NCBI GenBank assembly: GCA_020632265.1
Contig: JACKFW010000001.1
Location: forward strand, 140,223-204,222
Direction of reading: 5' to 3'
From: Pseudomonadales bacterium
GTDB taxonomy: Bacteria; Patescibacteriota; Microgenomatia; UBA1400; PJMF01
DNA: 64,000 nucleotides
In this document: positions 60,361 to 64,000 of the stretch, in pieces
How positions within the stretch are numbered: position 1 is the first letter of the stretch
Layout: every line of letters begins with the position of its first letter
The notes under the pieces: generated by a model
What the model saw: the letters and a program-made list of their open reading frames with translations, nothing else
The model's database searches: none
What the model was told of the DNA's origin: nothing
Position numbers and translations under genes: made by a program

Positions 60361-60420
60361 ATTATATAAGACGTAACTCCTCTAGCTCAGCTAAAAGTGG
60401 TTCAAACTGAGTTATCTTGG
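60361..60420 (+). repeat. repeat X, copy 2
   Basis: Shares tataagacgta, cctct and tggttcaaactgagtta with 55387..55445. Confidence 0.5.
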
Positions 60421-60534
60421 ATTCACCAAATTTAATTCACATAAAAATAATCTTATCGGGCTCTTCCTAAGACTTATCAAAAATGTTATACTTTTGGGTA
60501 TAATCTTAACTAAGTAACAAATAATAAGGTTTTT

Positions 60535-60729
60535 ATGATCAAAAAAAATGAAGGTCCAGCTGATAGAGCAATCAGAATAATCTTAGGCTTGACTTTAATA
60601 ACAATAGCCTATACACAACAAATCAACTGGTTATATATTGTAGGAGCAGTCGCCCTCATAACAGGTATAACTGGATTTTGTGGACTGTACACATTGCTAG
60701 GAAAAAATACCTGCCCTATGAAAAAATAG
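60535..60729 (+). CDS. small membrane protein, DUF2892 (YgaP TM-domain)-like
   Basis: DRAIRIILGL...GITGFCGLYTLLG pattern, two TM segments. 64 aa. Confidence 0.5.
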   Translation: MIKKNEGPADRAIRIILGLTLITIAYTQQINWLYIVGAVALITGITGFCGLYTLLGKNTCPMKK

Positions 60730-61045
60730 TTATTTTTTGACTCAAAATCTTGTTTAATTTCTTTGTCTTAGCAGAAAATAGTCTCTTTTATCCTAATTCA
60801 CATCATTTTGTTGCGCTAATTTTACTACTTCATCTAATTAAAAATCAAACACTGTATTAAATTCGTTAATTAATTTCTTATTATACTTAAATAGCATCAT
60901 TAACCAAAGAGTTCGAGATATTTAAACGTGGGGTCATAATTTAGTTGGTATATCAATATAAAAATGTATTAATGAACAATTAAATTTATCAAAAGGTGCT
61001 TCTTTATATTAGACAACATCACTATTAAGTCTTATAATATACCTT

Positions 61046-62353
61046 ATGGTAGAAAATGACAGAAGAAGACGCTTATTTACTTCGCTTATTGAAACAGGTC
61101 GGCGCTATGTAGAAGAAAGCAATACAGACATAGCTGTAGAACTTAGCTTAGAAGCATTAGTTGGACTTTTTGCGCTTATTACTGCCATAGAAGCAGGAAA
61201 AACACATCTTGTCTCTGTTAATGCAATTGCATTAGATAAATACATAGACAACCCACAGTTACTGCAAATTGGTAGAGAAAAATTAAATAATTTAGAAGCA
61301 GGTTTATTAGAACTCTCTGAATCTCTTAAAACCCTAAGTTCTGAATGGAGAAGAAATTATAGAAAATCAAGAACAGTGATGAAATCTCGAACTACAACTG
61401 ATTGTGATTCTAAGGGACACTGCACTACTAGTACAGAATTTTATACTGAAACTGAATACTATTGGGATGAACCAAATGAATGGACATCACTCGGACTAGA
61501 TCACAATACAATATCCAGTTGGCAAAATTCTATTAATTCTCAAATAAATAGCGTTAACTCTTCATACAATTCACTCCCAAACACCCCTACCTTCGTGGAT
61601 GGCTATGATACATACAGAGTTACGGCAACTCCACTAGATACAACTAAACGGAGCTTTATCACCACAATTGGCTTTGCGTCTGCATCTGTTGGTTTTGCGT
61701 TCTATGAAGAAGTCATCACCGCTCTCGCAAAATATTATGGAGGATATGACTCAATACTAAGAAAATTTGCAAATACAAGAGTTAAGCGAAGATCTTTCTT
61801 AAAATTTATTGCAGGCTCCTTCGCTATCGATAAATTAAAAGAATGGAATACAACATTTGCAAAAGAAAATTCTGGAGTTAAGGAAAAAATAGAAGGAGAG
61901 ATTAAAAGTACCATAAAGAATATTAAACTGAATGATGAATTAGCAATTCAAACACTACTTGGATCAAACATAAACAGCATCATTTATACACATAAAATTA
62001 TTTCAGAAATACTTGGTGCAGCACTAAATAATAACGGCAACGGAATTGAAGACTATGCAGTAATTAGACCATTACTAGATAATGTGGTTGATCAGAATCA
62101 AAATAGAGGAATCATTTTGGAAGCCTACACCAAAAATGGCAATACAACTGAAGTCTCACAAGAGTTAAAAGACATTGCTTCACATGTAAAAGCTGATAGG
62201 TATATCCAAAGCCTCACTGCAGAGCAACAATCACAAGCAACATGGAATGCCATTCTACAAGTTGTTATTCTAATTGGGGCGTTTACAGGAATTGCCCTTA
62301 CTGCAGAAATTGCACTCGTTGTCACAGATGAAGTCTACAGAAACTTTAACTAA
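61046..62353 (+). CDS. hypothetical protein
   Basis: 435 aa with an N/S/T-rich central region and hydrophobic segments. Confidence 0.45.
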   Translation: MVENDRRRRLFTSLIETGRRYVEESNTDIAVELSLEALVGLFALITAIEAGKTHLVSVNAIALDKYIDNPQLLQIGREKLNNLEAGLLELSESLKTLSSEWRRNYRKSRTVMKSRTTTDCDSKGHCTTSTEFYTETEYYWDEPNEWTSLGLDHNTISSWQNSINSQINSVNSSYNSLPNTPTFVDGYDTYRVTATPLDTTKRSFITTIGFASASVGFAFYEEVITALAKYYGGYDSILRKFANTRVKRRSFLKFIAGSFAIDKLKEWNTTFAKENSGVKEKIEGEIKSTIKNIKLNDELAIQTLLGSNINSIIYTHKIISEILGAALNNNGNGIEDYAVIRPLLDNVVDQNQNRGIILEAYTKNGNTTEVSQELKDIASHVKADRYIQSLTAEQQSQATWNAILQVVILIGAFTGIALTAEIALVVTDEVYRNFN

Positions 62354-62612
62354 TCTACTTTGTATACCTATACTGAGTACCCACACCAAGTTCTTGCACA
62401 TCTGTTGCAAACCCTTTATACAACCCCACCAGGTCTGCAATCAATTCGATCGGATTCGACAACGTTAGGGTCACCAAATTTTATTATCCAGATATAAGTA
62501 TTCAAGAATGTATTTTTTTTCGTCAGATTTCCAGGTTTAATTAGTTCTAATCCCTGTGGGTAGATTTTAAGTATCTCCAAACCAAAAATCGAAACTTGAT
62601 AACCCCTGTCGT

Positions 62613-63137
62613 ATGAGTATTAAGATCCTTTCAGCAATATATGAGACCTTATATCTAGAATATTATATATACATCTGTCATAATATTCCTATGCCAGAGC
62701 AAATAAATACTATTATTCCTACAAAAGATGAGTTAAATCTTCGGGAGCAAGAGCCTGAGGAAAGATTATTGGGGAGTCAGGTAAATAAACTAGCAACAAG
62801 AGGCCAAAGACTAGATTTTATTGAAAAAGCTGAATCAGATGCTTATGAAGAATACGATAGCGTACTTGTTAGAAAAGCGAATAAATTGCTTCTGAATCCA
62901 ATGTTAGAACCAATGGATAAAGAAAGAATAACTGCCCTTGTAAAAGACGCCACTCATTCCTTACAATTACTCGGTGCTGTTATTACCTCACTTGAAAATA
63001 AATTATCAGCCCCGTCAGAAAGAGCTGTTGTCAGCAATATGATTGATATTATAGAGAAATTAGTTTTAAAGGATTATAAAAACAGTAAAGAAATTTCTGG
63101 TACAGAAATTTATTCTCAAGACATAGAAACAATGTAA
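62613..63137 (+). CDS. hypothetical protein
   Basis: 174 aa. No motif. Confidence 0.4.
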   Translation: MSIKILSAIYETLYLEYYIYICHNIPMPEQINTIIPTKDELNLREQEPEERLLGSQVNKLATRGQRLDFIEKAESDAYEEYDSVLVRKANKLLLNPMLEPMDKERITALVKDATHSLQLLGAVITSLENKLSAPSERAVVSNMIDIIEKLVLKDYKNSKEISGTEIYSQDIETM

Positions 63138-63297
63138 ATCAATCTCGGAAAAGCTTTGTTTCCTGACGGGTTGCCAAAAGAAGTTGAAATAATTCCACAC
63201 GCACAAACTCTGTCTGGTCAAGGAAATATTTTCATACTCGTTGACAACAGATCAGGTTTTCCTCAAGTCAAATATATCAAAACTGAAATAAATAGCA

Positions 63298-64000
63298 TGA
63301 TCATAAAACGTGACCCTAATCTATTGAGAGAATTAAGCAGAGACTTCGATTTTCAATATAATAATGCAGATACTGAATTTAATATAGTAAGACCAAATGG
63401 GACAGCGCATGATGCAAATGCCATCAACAAAGTCATTACATTACCAAATGCAGTAAGGGCTATAGTAATGAATCAAGTCCTGGACTCACGAAATTTGTTA
63501 GATGAACTTAGCCTTGCAAATGAAGATAAACATATTTTTTTAAAAAACGCTGCTCAAGAATTAGCTTCTTTTTTAAAATTGTTCCTAACTATGTATAGTG
63601 ATCCCGGTACATTTCCAAAGGACTGGGGTTTAGAAGATAGTAGAGCGTTCAGCCCAGAATTTAAAGGAGTTGGTTTTTTCCCAAAAACCACAAATGATCT
63701 TGCACCAAATATTGGAATATATGACTTTACAGTTTTGGCTAGGAATACTTCATATGTCCCAACCATAGAAAAAAAATTTCTATGCAACATTCCTGCACTA
63801 TTGCTGTCAATGAGCGGTCATAGCGATTTACTTAGCGCGCTTACTGATCTCTCGCCAGCTGCTCTAAGGAGGAATGTTGAATATGGAGAATTCGCAAAAA
63901 TTTCATTTATATCTAGGCTTAAAGAACAGAAATTACAACTCAAATCAATATTTGAAGATATGGGATTTCCCGAATTACTCCCCGCACTTGAAGAAGCTTT
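63298..64000 (+). CDS. hypothetical protein, 3'-partial (runs off the window end)
   Basis: The frame is open from 63138 to 64000 with no stop, so it is absent from the stop-bounded ORF track. First ATG at about 63298, with a possible TTG at about 63167. Same frame as the preceding ORF. Confidence 0.35.

Noticed and set aside
63554-63790. 78-aa minus-strand ORF near the window end
   Set aside because: It lies inside a much longer open plus-strand frame running to the window end, so it is likely spurious.
1-64000. CRISPR arrays, rRNA genes
   Set aside because: No regularly spaced short direct repeats with unique spacers were seen and there are no rRNA-like conserved GC-rich stretches. The only tandem repeats are the typA start triplication and the dnaX linker repeat.

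Overview
This is an AT-rich (roughly 30% GC by eye) bacterial chromosomal segment. Gene content and compact housekeeping enzymes (AspRS without the GAD insertion, sensorless histidine kinase, many GT-C/GT39-like membrane glycosyltransferases, many orphan hypotheticals) suggest a small-genome, Patescibacteria/CPR-like or similarly reduced lineage; this lineage call is an inference. Standard stop codons appear to be in use. Coordinates I derived for non-ORF features are approximate (about ±2 nt).

Core genes recognised: gltX, ybeY, dnaX-ybaB, rdgB, an M29 aminopeptidase, typA, an alpha-glucan phosphorylase, a Kef-type antiporter, corA, aspS with a T-box-like leader, recJ, cca, secDF, rseP, frr, and a dacA-like carboxypeptidase. 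A roughly 10-kb cell-envelope glycosylation cluster spans 25.2-34.9 kb (GT-C and GT2 transferases, gmd, a reductase, ugd). An OmpR-type response regulator and a histidine kinase lie next to tRNA-Gln.

Two tRNA-anchored accessory regions stand out.
(1) tRNA-Gln(CUG) at 23.44-23.51 kb is followed by partial copies of its own 3' end embedded in GC-rich structured repeats, plus a second dispersed 32-nt repeat family. These flank small orphan genes and an adjacent locus holding an orphan HisG-like ATP phosphoribosyltransferase, a B12-binding radical SAM enzyme and a methyltransferase.
(2) tRNA-Glu(CUC) at 53.32-53.39 kb is followed by a nested island delimited by three direct copies of the tRNA 3' end and a duplicated 190-bp element. 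Cassette 1 holds a Nudix hydrolase and an MFS transporter. Cassette 2 is visibly higher in GC and holds two tandem radical SAM enzymes convergent with a Nudix hydrolase and a histidine-phosphatase. It is followed by an FtsX gene remnant. No integrase is present in the window.

Other notable points: an in-frame A9 slippery run in dnaX with immediate stops in both alternate frames (gamma-subunit-like), a 19-bp triplication of the typA start region, and a frameshifted gene at an A8 run.
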